A stretch of DNA of 63,676 bases, filler included, from Raillietiella orientalis (Eukaryota): the NCBI GenBank assembly GCA_036172245.1. It is 2 parts of 2 records of this genome, joined end to end, with 100 filler letters (N's around TTAATTAATTAA, not from the genome) between each part and the next. Parts side by side here need not be neighbours in the genome. Positions count along the whole stretch, not along the records: positions 1 to 31,930 come from JAYWIR010000199.1; positions 32,031 to 63,676 come from JAYWIR010000201.1. One strand, written 5' to 3'. The notes beneath the pieces are model-generated. The model made no database searches and was not told the origin of the DNA. It saw only the letters and a program-made list of their open reading frames with translations. Positions 30,001-42,075 of the stretch are shown piece by piece. Both the position numbers and the translations under genes were made by a program. Every line of letters begins with the position of its first letter. The first letter of the stretch is position 1.

Positions 30001-31930
30001 TCTAGTTACGACACTGGTAACCATGAAAACGAAACATAGTTAAAGTGCCCCACCCTATGGAAAGGACGCACTTTTCTCAATGTTCTTCTGAACCCAGTCA
30101 AATGAACGTGTGTGCAGCTTTCCATGACACGAATTTGCCGCTCGCTGCAAATGGACGCTTCGGAGAGAGGCGCAAAAGTGCAAAGGTGTCATCTGCTGAT
30201 TTCGAATTGATTACAAACCTTTAAAGGTCCAAATTCGGTCCACATAATGAATCACAGAGAAGGAAAACATTCGATTTCTGATTCCGACACTGGTAACCAT
30301 GAAAACGAAACAGATTCCAAAGTGCCCCACCCTAAGGAAAGGACGCACTCCTCTCAATGATCTTCTGAACCCAGTCAAATGTACGTATGTGCAGCTATCC
30401 ATGACACGAATTTGCCGCTCGCTGCAAATGGACGCTTCGGAGAGAGGCGCAAAAGTGCAAAGGTGTCATCTGCTGATTTCGAATTGATTACAAACCTTCA
30501 AACGTCAAAATTCGGTCCACATAATGATTCAAAGAGAAGGAAAACATTCCCTTTCTAATTACGACACTGGTAACCATGAAAACGAAACAGAGTTAAAGTG
30601 CCCCACCCTAAGGAAAGGACGCACTTTTCTCAATGTTTTTCTGAACCCAGTCAAATGTACGTGTGTGCAGCTTTCCATGACACGAATTTGCCGCTCCCTG
30701 CAAATGGACGCTTCGGAGAGAGGCGCAAAAGTGCAAAGGTGTCATCTGCTGATTTCGAATTGATTACAAACCCTGAAACGTACAAATTCTGTCCACATAA
30801 TGAATCACAGAGTAGGAAAACATTCCATTTCTAATTCCCACACTGGTAACCATGAAAACGAAACAGAGTCCAAAGTGCCCCACCCTAAGGAAAGGACGCA
30901 CTTCTCTCAATGTTCTTCTGAACCCAGTCAAATGTACGTATGTGCAGCTATCCATGACACGAATTTGCCGCTCGCTGCAAATGGACGCTTCGGAGAGAGG
31001 CGCAAAAGTGCAAAGGTGTCATCTGCTGATTTCGAATTGATTACCAAACCTTCAAACGTCCATATTCGGTCCACATAATGAATCACAGAGAAGGAAAACA
31101 TTCCATTTCTGATTCCGACACTGGTAACCATGGAAACGAAACAGAGTCCAAAGTACCCCACCCTAAGGAAAGACGCACTCCTCTCAATGATCTTCTGAAC
31201 CCAGTCAAATGTACGTATGTGCAGCTATCCATGACACGAATTTGCCGGTCGCTGCAAACGGACGCTTCGGAGAGAGGCGCAAAAGTGCAAAGGTGTCATC
31301 TGCTGATTTCGAATTGATTACAAACCTTCAAACGTCCATATTCGGTCCACATAATGATTCGAAGAGAAGGAAAACATTCCCTTTCTAATTACGACACTGG
31401 TAACCATGAAAACGAAACAGAGTTAAAGTGCCCCACCTATGGAAAGGACGCACTTTTCTCAATGTTCTTCTGAACCCAGTCAAATGTACGTGTGTGCAGC
31501 TTTCCATGACACGAATTTGCCGCTCGCTGCAAATGGACGCTTCGAAGAGAGGCGCAAAAGTGCAAAGGTGTCATCTGCTGATTTCGAATTGATTACAAAC
31601 CCTGAAACGTCCAAATTCGGTCCACATAATGAATCACATTGAAAAAAAACATTCCATTTCTTATTCCCACACTGGTAACCATGAAAACGAAACAGAGTCC
31701 AAAGTGCCGCACCCTAAGGAAAGGACGCATTCCTCTCAATGTTCTTCTGAACCCAGTCAAATGTACGTATGTGCAGCTATCCATGACACGAATTTGCCGC
31801 AGGCTGCAAATAGACGCTTCAAGGAGAGGCGCAAAAGTGCAAAGGTGTCATCTGCTGATTTCGAATTGATAACAAACCCTGAAACGTCCAAATTCGGTCC
31901 ACATAATGAATCACAGAGAAGGAAAACATT
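1..31930. repeat. Tandem satellite array, 276/277-bp monomer, about 115 copies, uninterrupted and in one orientation (pericentromeric/centromeric-type satellite)
   Basis: The same unit (...CCATGACACGAATTTGCCG...GGCGCAAAAGTGCAAAGGTGTCATCTGC...AAATTCGGTCCACATAATG...) recurs every 276-277 bp. Equivalent ORF starts fall at 126, 402, 679, 955, 1232, 1508 and so on. The array runs from the window edge to the N gap. The centromeric role is inference only. Confidence 0.98.
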
Positions 31931-32030
31931 NNNNNNNNNNNNNNNNNNNNNNNNNNNNNNNNNNNNNNNNNNNNTTAATTAATTAANNNNNNNNNNNNNN
32001 NNNNNNNNNNNNNNNNNNNNNNNNNNNNNN
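31931..32030. other. Artificial assembly gap/contig spacer with six-frame stop linker
   Basis: 44 N + TTAATTAATTAA (31975-31986) + 44 N make exactly 100 bp. This palindromic 12-mer is a standard stop-codon linker used when concatenating contigs. Confidence 0.97.
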
Positions 32031-32069
32031 ACCACCACCACATATCATTCCTACACCTAGGGACGGTTC

Positions 32070-34080
32070 TTGGCACAAGGAGCAACGAGGAGATCTGTCC
32101 TCTCTATCCGGCGTAAAGCTTTCGATTGCATCGACCAGAAACTCCTTCTGGAGCTCCTGGGACGCTTGGTATTTCTGTCCGTCTTCCTGGCGTACCAGCG
32201 CTCCTGCTGGCGCTTCGTTCTAATTAACATCAATTTCAGCGGCCGGCACGTGTACAGCGTGCTATTGTGTCAAGTCATTTGGCAGGGTGACAGCCTGATC
32301 CCCCTGCTCTTCAGCATACACTTTGAGTTGGTGCTGATAGCATACAGGGAGAATCTAGCAACCTTGCCGAGCTCGTGTGCCGGCACGCCTTCCGGGTCGG
32401 CCTATGCAGACGATCTTCTGCTGCTGCTTCCCGGATACACCCCGGCATCGGCGCTCGAAAATTTCTTTGAGTTGCTAAACCGTGGGATGGGCTTCGAGGT
32501 AAACAAAGCCAAGCCGTCAATCCTTTGTACGGACTCGTCGCGGGCAGGACGGACGGTCTGGATTTGCTCGGAGATCTTCACGGGCGGGTACTTCAAGTAC
32601 CTGGGCGTTCCGTTGGGGGACTTCTGCGCTGCAGAAGCCTGGTCCCACCGTCTCCAGAAGGTGGACTTGGCAATCGGCACGTTCCGGGGCGGCAAGTTTT
32701 ACTTGAAGCAACGGGCCGCGGTGTATAACGTTTTTGCCGCTTCCCTCCTCCGCCCCCTGCATTTTGTATGCCTTATACCTCCCCAAATTCGACATAGGTC
32801 AAGGGGTCTCATTAGAAAAGCCCTCTGAAGCAATCAGAGGCCCCGCTTCCGTTTTAAAGACGTGTGCGCTCCACGCAGGGACTGTGGACTTGGAATCCTG
32901 ACGCTGGAACGCATGGAGCGACAGCTCCGATTCCGCAATCTTACTCTTGTGGCAAAGTACTGGACTGCACCCTGGTGTGCACCTTCACGACCCCTGACTC
33001 ACAGGGCAACCGGCTGCCATGGATTGACCTCAATCCTAGTAGCCAACGACCGCAGCCTTAACCAATGTGGTTTTCAGCTGCGGGAATTGCTTGCCCTGTT
33101 CAGAGGCAATCCCTGGATCTCCTGTATTCCAGCGGTCTGGAATACCTGACTCCAGGAATCCGTTTTTGCATGGGCTAAAATCAACGCCTCCAGCGATGAG
33201 GACTTCTCCTGCCTCCGTAGAGGCAGGTACGCCGGTGCGCCACTGCAGGAGATCGTCAGCAACCCACGGAAGCTTCTTTTGGCTTCCTTTACCCCCTTTG
33301 TCCCAGTGCTTCCCTCCCTCAAAGAAGTACGGGACAGCCAGCCGGAGGCATCGTGGGAAGTGTCCTGCCTCATCGGAGGCAGGAAAAAATTATTGGAGGC
33401 GTGGACGTCCAGTGAACTAGCGGACGCTAGTACTTCGAGTGTCCCGCTGAATGGACTTTCACGCTGGGGCGCGCTGCTCGAAGTACCTCCGGAGGAGGTG
33501 AAGTAACCCCCGGCCTCTGGGGATATAGGCACCCTTCTCTTGCAGTGGCAGGAGACGCCGTTGCTTCTGCTCCATTGGGGACTGTTAAGCAGAGAGCGCT
33601 TGTCTCACTGGACACGAGGGAGTGTGGATGCTAATTGCTCAGACTGTGGGGGAAGAGAAACCTTTCCTCACTTGATTATTGAGTGCGTTACCCTTGGCGA
33701 TATATGGGACCGACTCTCGTCGATCTTGAACATTCCGCGGGGTGACCCGAAGAACATTTTTCGACTCCTGATGCGGGTCGCCTTGCCAGCTTCCGGGTGT
33801 GTAGCAGTGCACTGCTGCATACGCGGTATACTGGACAAGTGGACCCCGTCAAGAAGAGGACCAGCCAGTCGGAATGCCATCCACTGGGCAACCATCTCCT
33901 TGGAGAAGGCCTGCCGTAGGCGCCGTCTTGGAAAACATTTACAGGCTCTCGTCCGCATCCGTGACCGGATGCAGAGGCCTCTTCAAGACGTACAGTCATT
34001 TCTTCCTTTCCCTTCCCCTCCCAAAGAACATTGCCCCCCAGGCGTTTTTTTTTATTGTTTATTTTTGGTTTGTTGAGCAA
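32070..34080 (+). mobile_element. L1/Tx1-type LINE, 3' portion of ORF2 (RT C-terminal half, CCHC finger, start of 3' UTR); disabled
   Basis: The translation shows KAFDCIDQ, QGDSLIPLLFS, AYADDLLLL and FKYLGVPLG (32070-32828), then CSDCGGRETFPHLIIEC (about 33635-33685). It has in-frame stops and frameshifts, and a C-rich then T-rich UTR tract at 34000-34075. Confidence 0.93.
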
Positions 34081-34084
34081 GTGC

Positions 34085-35520
34085 ATGGATGTTCCGGTGA
34101 GAGCGACGTGGAAGGTGCACTTCGACTGGATATCCTAGGGGAACCCCACCTCATAGGCGCAGGTACATGAGGTAACTTGATGTGCCTTCGGACTTCTACT
34201 CCGTCGCCAAAGCGTTCTCAGACTGCCTTCGGAAGAAAGAGATAGCACTTGTCAAGTTTTCCGGTAGCATGTTTGACTTGCCGGAACGGGACAGCATATA
34301 TGACACCTTCGTTGTTTCCCTCCCATGCCCCGTGTTTTTTGTCTGTCCATCCCCCAAAAAGTCCAAGTCTGGGCGCAGAGACTTCTACTCAAAGCGTTGT
34401 GGGGCGGTGCAAGGTCTCGTATAAGACTTAAAGACTTGGTGGAGCCACGTCAGGTTCCAGGTTTGTGCACCCTCGACATAAACAGCGTCAAGCTAGACGT
34501 GCAGTTTCAAATGCTGCGGCTCTGTGCAAAGCTGTGATGTACACCATGATGCTCACCCGCTCGCCTTAAACTAAGGCTCTGCACGGGTAGCGAGGCACGG
34601 CTTTCGTTGCGGTTCCACTTTTGGCACATCAGAATAGGGTTTGGCCTCCCGTTGAGGCAGCTGTCCTCACTGCTGGAAGTACAATGTTGGATCTCCTGCC
34701 GCCCCATGTACATTGCTGCATATCGGCAGAAATTGTTTGAAACGTGAGCAGCTTCCGAAGAAACGCGGCCGGAAGATCTTCGGCGCCTGCGACTTCTCCA
34801 CAGCCATTCAATGGACAAAGTCATGGAGGACAAGAAGAAGTCGGATCGTCTGGCCGCCATACCACTGTCCGCGACGCTGTCTGCCCTCAGGACAATCAAC
34901 GACAGTTGCCTGTCGGCGAAATGGGACTTCTCCAGTACAATAGCATGAGTCAGCAAGCACCTCGGCGGCAGGACAACTAAGGAGCTGGTGGAAACTTCCA
35001 CTCCTCGGAATGGGGCGCAGGGCCTGCTTCTGTAAAGCGAACATTCAATTGTGCCCCCAAAGATACGGGGGTTCCCCCTGTTAGTTTGGATAGCTCCGTG
35101 TTCATCTTAAAGTGGAAACAAGATCTGCTGCTCGTTTTACACTCGATCTTTCACTGTAATCGGCAGCGAAGCATCGTTTCCGGGGGAGCTGCTTTGCCAA
35201 ACTGTTTGAGTGGCGGAGAGATCGAGTCTTTTCCGCACCTCTTGCTGGACCGCAGTGACCTATGTGAACTGTGGCGAGGGTCGATTTCAGCCATCCTGCC
35301 GCCGGGAGGCACTCCCATTGATGTGCTGCTACGCTTCTTCAGCAGGAATGGATTTTCGGTAGGCGCGATTGTAGCAGCCATGTGTTGCCTTCGCTGTATC
35401 GTAAAGACTCCCTACGCCCTGGAGTTCTCAGCGCAGAGAAGGGAGGCTCACCTGCTTGCAGGTAAATCCATGATGAAGCCTGCAAGCTGTCCTCATGTTC
35501 GTGCTGAGGTAAAGTAGGAC
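34085..35520 (+). mobile_element. Strongly degenerate L1/Tx1 ORF2 3' fragment (post-YADD region to CCHC finger)
   Basis: The pieces AFSDCLRKKEIALVKFSGSMFDLPERDSIYDTF, KALWGGARSRIRLKDL and NCLSGGEIESFPHLLLDRSDLCELW align by eye with the better-preserved copies at 49339-49947 and 57816-58226. Confidence 0.85.
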
Positions 35521-35714
35521 ATCACCGGCACGCACCCCTTGTTTACAGACTGGGGAACGGCGTAATCTGATGAACCCTGCTACCTCTAGGCCAATTAGAA
35601 TTTTATCTCGGGCTACGTACTAGGAGAAATCTCTTCATGATTTTCAAGTCGAAAATTGGGTGCCTGTTTCCGGACTGCTTTATTTTTTATAGTTGTTTTT
35701 TCGTTTTCATATTT

Positions 35715-36765
35715 TATGGAACATAAGCCCCGGCGTGACCGGGTAAGAAATCTACCGGGTGTGATCTAAGGAGATCACGTGGATCTCGTACAACAGTACC
35801 AGGTCGAAATATGCCAGGGAGGCGTTCCCGTCTCGTCTCTTGCTCTCGTCGCTCAGCCCGTTTACGTTCCAACAGGAGATTAGCAGACCACGGTGAGAGG
35901 CGATTCCCGGCATTATGGCTGGAAAAGTGGCGTTGCTTCACTTCCATTGTGGCAGGTGATGTGAAAGTTGATGGATTGGACGGCCTCCTTAGGCACTCTA
36001 GGCACCAGGAGGACGGCCTCTGCCCCCTCGATCTCCTCCGTTTTGCGTTTCTCATGTGGCAGGTCCCGGAAATTTCCTACGCTTATTCCGCCCTCAATTC
36101 TGGAAGCCAGATTTTCCTCTTCTACGGATGGAGCGTTCTTTCGGGGATTCGTGGAATTCCGTTTAATTTTCCGGGGGGATGCCGTGGCGATGGATGCTTG
36201 GAGTGCGAGATCTCAGAACTCTTTTCACACGCGTGCCACCACAAGGTCTTTTGAGTCACGTTGGAAGGTCGCTACAACAATGGAGCGAGCTCCTCGGTCG
36301 CTCGCTCCTGAGCAGCGACATGGAGTTCACGTTTGATGATGAACGCCGCATCGCTGCCCTCCTTGTTTACTTTGTTATCGGTGGTTTGAGCGCTGGCAGC
36401 AGCGAGTTCTTGTGTGTCGCACTCGTCGATGCCTGTAATCTCCTCAGCTACCGCGCGGCAACTTCTAGTTATTTTACATCGCGGCGCGTATTCGCTCCGT
36501 TTCGAAACGTTTGCTAGTGTTTTATATTTTTTCGAGTTTACCACAGATCAACCTGGCTTTTGGCTGTTGCCCAAATCCTGTTCGGCGTTCTCTGCCGGCG
36601 TCCCGGAGATTGACTCCGGCTTGGTGGCGGAGGTTGCCTCATTAGCTGAAGCTAGAGCTGCTAACTTTTTCCTTTTTCTTGCCGCGTGCTTTGTCGCGTT
36701 TCGAGTGGACACGACAGAGACTGAATTTTGGGGCACATCCGTCGAGTGCGTGAGATTGGTTCTAT
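35715..36765 (-). mobile_element. Degenerate L1/Tx1 fragment: ORF1 C-terminal half plus start of the APE endonuclease
   Basis: The minus strand from ATG 35913 reads MPGIASHRGLLISCWNVNGLSDESKRRDGNASLAYFDLVLLYEIH (APE N-terminus). Upstream, PQNSVSVVSTRNATKHAARKRKKLAA...ATEELAPLL aligns with ORF1 of the 47337/54155 element. Confidence 0.85.
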
Positions 36766-37520
36766 TCAGGTAAACGAGAATCTGAAGAATAGTTGCATTT
36801 TTCGTTATATTTCAGCAAATGCGTTCATAGTTTGCATAGAAAAATGCAGGAGAAGTTCACACCTGTTCATCGCATCTTTAGTTCAAGCACACGGAATTTG
36901 GAAACAACGCCATTATTCGTTGGATTGCTGTGCAGATTAGGATCACAATTCAAGTATCAGTTGCAACGTTAGCGCTTCTCATATCAGTTAACCGATTTTT
37001 GGACATGCATAGCAGCAGCCTGAAGCTGTGAATGCTTTGGCATCGCGGGCGTTAACTCGACTGGTCCGTTTCGCTCTCTTCCGTCCATTGATCGCCAATA
37101 AGCAGCTTCATGCAGTCTGTCGATTCTGGTAACCCACACATCGCGGTTTGTGCTTCCCAGCGGCGAACTAGCGAGTTAGCTCTCCATCCATGAAGCAGCA
37201 CGCTGTGCTTCTGCCGAGAGATATCCTTGTAGGGAGCCATCAATTGAGCACATCTGCATGACTTTGAGCTACAGCACTGAAGCCGTGCATAAACAGGTCA
37301 GATGATCACATGAACTTCTACCCGGACGCATCGCACTTGCAACCTGGCTTGAATGTGTGCACTGCATTTAATGGGGACGCGAAACGAAAGACACGGATCG
37401 GTGGTCTAACGTTGGATTCTCTGCGCATTGATGGGCTTCTTCAATGGTTCAGCTATCTTGGGAAATCAAATTAATAAAAAAGGTAAACGGTCTATTCCCT
37501 CACTACAAAGCAGGAAATGT

Positions 37521-37526
37521 TTTATT
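37521..37526 (-). terminator. Polyadenylation signal AATAAA of the minus-strand gene
   Basis: TTTATT on the + strand, 10 nt downstream of the TAA at 37536-37538. Confidence 0.65.
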
Positions 37527-37535
37527 TTTCTCTCA

Positions 37536-38679
37536 TTATGAACTGCTTGCAAGATAGTATTTGTCATGGAGTTTTTCGCCATCGACTCCATAAGGGGTGT
37601 AGAAACCTGGGGCGAATTCTAAATAGCATGAGGAGTTTACATGGAATTCGCATGCCACACTGAACGGGGTTGATATGTGTGCGAAATTTTCCAACCCTAT
37701 AGAATTTCTGAAAAAGAATAGTTTCGGTTAAAATGGAGAACCAGATATTTGGAAGAGAAGGCGGTCGATCTGGATGTTATCATTCCGTGAGTTCTGTAAA
37801 CGCAATGATTGACTCTCAAGAAAACTTTGGATTTGCACCTTAACATTTGAATCTCAGAAACTATGTGCAGAACGAGAGAACCGTAACGTGCATTTTTCAG
37901 CTTCCAGCCACGCTGTCATGTCTTTAACTGTTGCGAGGCTTCATTTCCTCGCAAGTTCATCATAGGTGATAGGAAAACCACAGAGAGACAGCATCGATCC
38001 TCATCCACATGCTTTCATGCCTTTCAAAATGCGAAAGTTGGCAAGAACTTAGTTGAACGTTTATCGTGTTAGCAAAACCTCATAGAGACGAGAACAGAAG
38101 TCCCTATTTGAAATGCATGTCGTATACGTGAGGAAGTAACAATGCAATGGGAGCAAAGCAACGTGTATGCTTGGATGCGGAAATATTAAGTTCTCTTACC
38201 TGTTTTCAGGTTTTATTATGCAAATAGAAGTGCAGGGACCTCCGCTGAAATAGACGGTCAATACCCTCGGGATACCGCCAGTCTGTGGAAATTGAGATGT
38301 GATTTCCTAGGGCGTATTGTCATCTTACCGTGACACTGACAGAGCAGTCTTCTAAACGTTCCGCTGGCCGTGTATTCGGTCCCCATCCCAGCGTGCAAAC
38401 ACCGGGAAATTCATCCTGCTTATTTGGAATTTCCAAAAGAAACGAACAGTTTCCAGTGTATTTCCAAAATTGGTAGTGTCTCCAGGTCGGGTGGACCCTC
38501 AAAGCGTTTGCGGCAGACATGTTGATTCCCAAGAAAAGAATTAGCGCCTGCAAGAGCAGCTGAAACTTATGATTAATCTTTTTGCGGAATTTTCCTATGT
38601 AGTGCTTGATCCATGAAAGCATCCAGGATTTGAAGAAGAAAACGAACCGAATTTCCATGCACGCACGAAGATTTTTCAT
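37536..38679 (-). CDS. Spliced host gene for an uncharacterised Cys-rich, probably secreted protein (about 180-200 aa; start codon uncertain)
   Basis: Exons are (38679, 38622 or an acceptor at 38559)..38329, 38282..38200 and 37707..37536. Intron 38328-38283 (46 nt, GTAAGA..TTCCACAG) and intron 38199-37708 (GTAAGA..TTTTTCAG) join them in phase. The product reads LLLQALILFLGINMSAANA-LRVHPTWRHYQFWKYTGNCSFLLEIP...EDCSVSVT/TGGIPRVLTVYFSGGPCTSICIIKPEN/RNSIGLENFAH...KYYLASSS, then TAA TGA and AATAAA 10 nt after the stop. Confidence 0.78.
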
Positions 38680-38713
38680 GCGCGTGAAAGCCTTCTACAG
38701 AAACGAATTGTGC

Positions 38714-39270
38714 TTCTCGATATTATAGCGTTGCGCATTGCTTGCAATCACAATTGAACAACGCAAGGACTACAGCTGATTTGTCCCGTTCCGTGTCCTT
38801 GCGCTCCCAATTGTCCTACGATGTTATCCCTAGATGCACTTTAAAGTCAGAAGTCTTCTGAAGTTTTGCTCTTCACATCTAAGGCATCCTCAGCATCGGA
38901 TTGCTCTTCTAGGAGACTCCTGCTCATGATGTCATACCTAAGGAGTCTTAAGCTTTGCACCAGCAAGCGCGTTTTTCGCATAAGCTAGAGAGTTTAACAG
39001 AAAACGTCGTTTTGTCATCTGCAAGAATCCTAGCACACTTCTATTCGTACTGATACAAGGTAGGAACAAACATCAGCTCAGCCCGCATCTTACAGTGCTG
39101 CTAACTTCGAGTAGTGGCACGCTCGTATTGCATCCGACAGCGGTTCGAGAAAGGAATAAACGTCTCAATCCTCAAAGAAAGAACGAACTGTTAAATGTCG
39201 CGAATAGCGGTTGGCAGCCCTGAAAGACGAATACTCTGACTGCTCAAGAATGCTAAGCGTGCAATGCTTC
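38714..39270 (-). repeat. Left arm of a roughly 550-bp imperfect inverted pair (partner 40515-41070)
   Basis: GCATAAGCTAGAGAGTTTAACAGAAAACGTCGTTTTGTCATCTGCAAGAATCC (about 38978-39030) is the near-exact reverse complement of GGATTCTTACAGATGACAAAAGGACGTTTTCTGTTAAACTCTCTAGCTTATGC (about 40754-40806). Similarity continues on both sides, roughly 75-85% by eye. Confidence 0.92.
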
Positions 39271-40199
39271 ACGGCTTGCATCCTAGGATGCAGACCGAGG
39301 AGCATTGTGTTGCCCTCATGCTTTCCTGAAGGAGGAGAGGAGGAGTAAAACAAGTCGACCAGTCGATACTGAGATTCTGTTCGTTGTTCCCCTAAAGAGT
39401 GGCCAGACAGGCTATTACCGTCCGCCTGACTAAAGTGTAAGGAATGCAAAAGACACTCACCATGTGCATCCTAGGAAGAATCATTTTGCCGGAGTTCTTG
39501 TGGACTGCTTAATGGTGCCTACAGCAGACTGCGATTCGGCAACAAGATGCCACGTGAGTTGCAAGGGTGAATTGCGAAGTGAGCGCTCCTTCTCGAGAAT
39601 AAATGCCGAATCCGCCATTAAACAAGTGTTTGCGGCTACACAATTAGGTCATCAAACATTAAGTTATGACGAAATCCTAAAACCTAAACGCAAGTGCTGG
39701 AAAAGAAAACCTGCATCATCTTCACAGATGCCAATCACATTTTCTAGGATTTATTTGTTCGTCGTTGTAGAGAATTCTCGCAAAGGTTTGGGTTTTCCTG
39801 CTACGTATTGTTTCATAGCTGGTCAACGTTTATCTGTGCGTGTCCTGGAAACAACAGTGCTCTCACATGTTCTATGAAAGCAGCAATTCATCAAAAGCAC
39901 CTTCAAATAGAAGGTAATCTACGAAGCAGAAGATTTTCTGCATGACTTACAGAGATGATATGTTTTGAATTTGTGCCTTTTACGCGGTGCAACACATGGA
40001 TTTTGAGGGAGCTACTTTTCGGGTTCACTCGAGCACATTTGCTTCGCTGCCATGTGGTTGCAATAAAAGATGCGAATCACCGCTTTCATTGTCCTCTCAT
40101 GCAGTATCCTTAAAAAGTTCAGAGTGCTCTTGAACGCGCACTGTTTAACAAGCAATTTAATCTACTGTGGCGACTTACGTTCAAAGAAGTGATTTGAAC

Positions 40200-41450
40200 T
40201 TCTAGAGCTTGCTGTGAAACATCTCCATTCGACAGGAGCAGATCAAGCGCTGCGCACATCGTGGAGGCGGATGGCTTCTTCGTCAGTATTTACGACGCAG
40301 GCTTGATGATTTTTCTCGACGACAACCAACCTCTCGAGTTTTCTTTCTTCCTCAAACACTTAGGCAAAATCTTATTGCAGCCCTGTCTGTGTTTAGCGGA
40401 ACATCTTCAGCCGGAGAAAATGTAGTTCTTCTGAATGATGTAAGGTGTGGAAGCAGCTCACGGTCGCATAGCGAGCGAGGAGACAAACGCTGCAACTCCA
40501 CATTCTCGGGCGACGAGCATTGCCATCTCAGGATGGTTGAGCAGTCAGGGTCTCCTACTTTCAGGGCTGCCAGCCGCGATTCACAACACCTGGCAGTTCG
40601 CTTCTTGTTAAAAATTTGAGACTCCTATTCGCTCCTCGAACTGATGTCGGATGCAACACAAGCGTGCCACTACTCGGTGGTAGCAGCACCGTAAGATGCG
40701 TGCTGAGCTGATGTTTGTTCCTACCTTGCGTCAGCACGAAAAGAAGTTTGCAAGGATTCTTACAGATGACAAAAGGACGTTTTCTGTTAAACTCTCTAGC
40801 TTATGCGGAAAATGCGCTTGCGGGAGCAAAGCTTGAGACTTCTCAGGTGAGACATCATAAGCAGGAGTCTTCTAGCAAAGCAGTCCGATGCTCAGGATGC
40901 CCTAGAGGTGGAAAGCAAAACTTTAGAAGGCTTCTGAGATTGAGGTGCGTCCCGGGATAACATCGTAGGTCAACTGGGAGAGCAAGGACACGGAAACGGA
41001 CATGTAAACTGGAATCTTCCCCTTGTTTAACTGTGACCGCAAGCAATGCGCTGCACTGTAATATGGAGAACCGCCTGAAGAAAATGGCGCACGGAATTCA
41101 GAAAGCCAGAAGCTCACCGCAAAAAGCATCGTATGCGAAGAAAATGGTACAGCGAAATGGTCGAAGGAGGAAAGTACACGGGGTGCAATGTCAACAGCAG
41201 TTATCGTCACGAACACGATGCCTAGGGAAGAAACCGGATTTTGGCAAATGAGAACACCAATGATACCACTGATGCTGTGTTTCGGAAACTTTCCCAAAAA
41301 AAAGAATGCAGCAGCCACTGGATAGGAGACTGCCAACATTTCTTCCTTGCGTGCGCGCATTCCGCAGAATTTTGGAAACACTTTGCTGCAAAGTTCGCTC
41401 ACACGCATTGGCGATAATGATCGAAAGACAGACCAACTACCTAACTCCTA
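40200..41450 (+). mobile_element. Possible very old, AT-richer LINE ORF2 remnant that contains the right inverted arm
   Basis: Decayed motifs occur in the expected order across frameshifts: VSIYDAGLMIFL (cf. SAYADDL), QLHILG (cf. KYLG), SVKLSSLC (cf. RLKDLC) and ECSSH..ET.QHFFLACAHSAEFWK (cf. CCHC finger). Each motif alone is weak. Confidence 0.45.
40515..41070 (+). repeat. Right arm of the imperfect inverted pair (partner 38714-39270)
   Basis: Collinear reverse-complement match to the left arm, from AGCATTGC (about 40516) to ATATGGAGAA (41070). Confidence 0.92.
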
Positions 41451-42075
41451 CGCTTCAGCCAAGTTTCCGCTGTTAGCCAAAAGAAATACCGAGAGTGCTT
41501 GAGCAGCCACCGTTCCACATCTCACTCGTTAACACTGAGAATTTCTGTCCTCTGTGCGAAGAGCGCAGTCATCATCATAAAGCAGTCTTAGGACTTCTTC
41601 ACGTTGTTTCTCTTGACTGTACAGAGAGGTCCTGAGCCCAATTTAAAGAATTGTGTTTTGCCCGCTGCAATGCCGGACCATGCCTCTTTTACCTGGAGTG
41701 ATAGGGATAGAAATCGAGTTCAAAGGTCGTGGTTTTGTGGGAAGATTATTCAGCACGCCTTGGTGAGCTGAGGAAGAAGTCGTATTCTGGAAAAGCGCTT
41801 GCATGAGAAGTGCTGTCTTCGATTGCCGAGAGGAACGAGATTAATCTGAGGGAATATGACCATTTGCCGCAACAATTGGTTCCTCTGATGCGAGAGAACA
41901 CCTGGATATCCCTAATGATAACCAGTTGCACTGCCTACGTCTAGGAAACATTTTCTGGGTGAATGAATATTTACTGCTGTAGCTGAGCGTAATGCGCGAA
42001 GCTCTGGAGGAACATACGTCCCCTACTGCCGTTTCAGGTGATACGTTGCGCAGTCAACGCAAGCGGCTTCAAACC

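Noticed and set aside
1..31930. CRISPR array, or a 5S rRNA, tRNA or spliced-leader RNA tandem cluster
   Set aside because: There are no unique spacers and no cas genes. I see no 5S, tRNA cloverleaf or SL1 leader sequence in the monomer, though a covariance-model search was not run.
126..31982. Hundreds of 60-145 aa ORFs in the repeat array, read as a tandem gene family
   Set aside because: They occur in several overlapping frames of the same monomer, are shifted freely by the 276/277 indel and resemble no protein domain. They are satellite artefacts.
31975..31986. Palindrome TTAATTAATTAA as a biological site
   Set aside because: It is centred in a symmetric N run and is an assembly linker.
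36770..36815. 46-nt GTAAAC..TTTCAG intron-like segment
   Set aside because: The upstream exon would be antisense LINE ORF1 and the joined product is unconvincing. It could be a relic, but this is unsupported.
38714..41070. DNA transposon or MITE with long terminal inverted repeats
   Set aside because: There is no TSD or transposase, and LINE-like motifs extend beyond the right arm on both sides.
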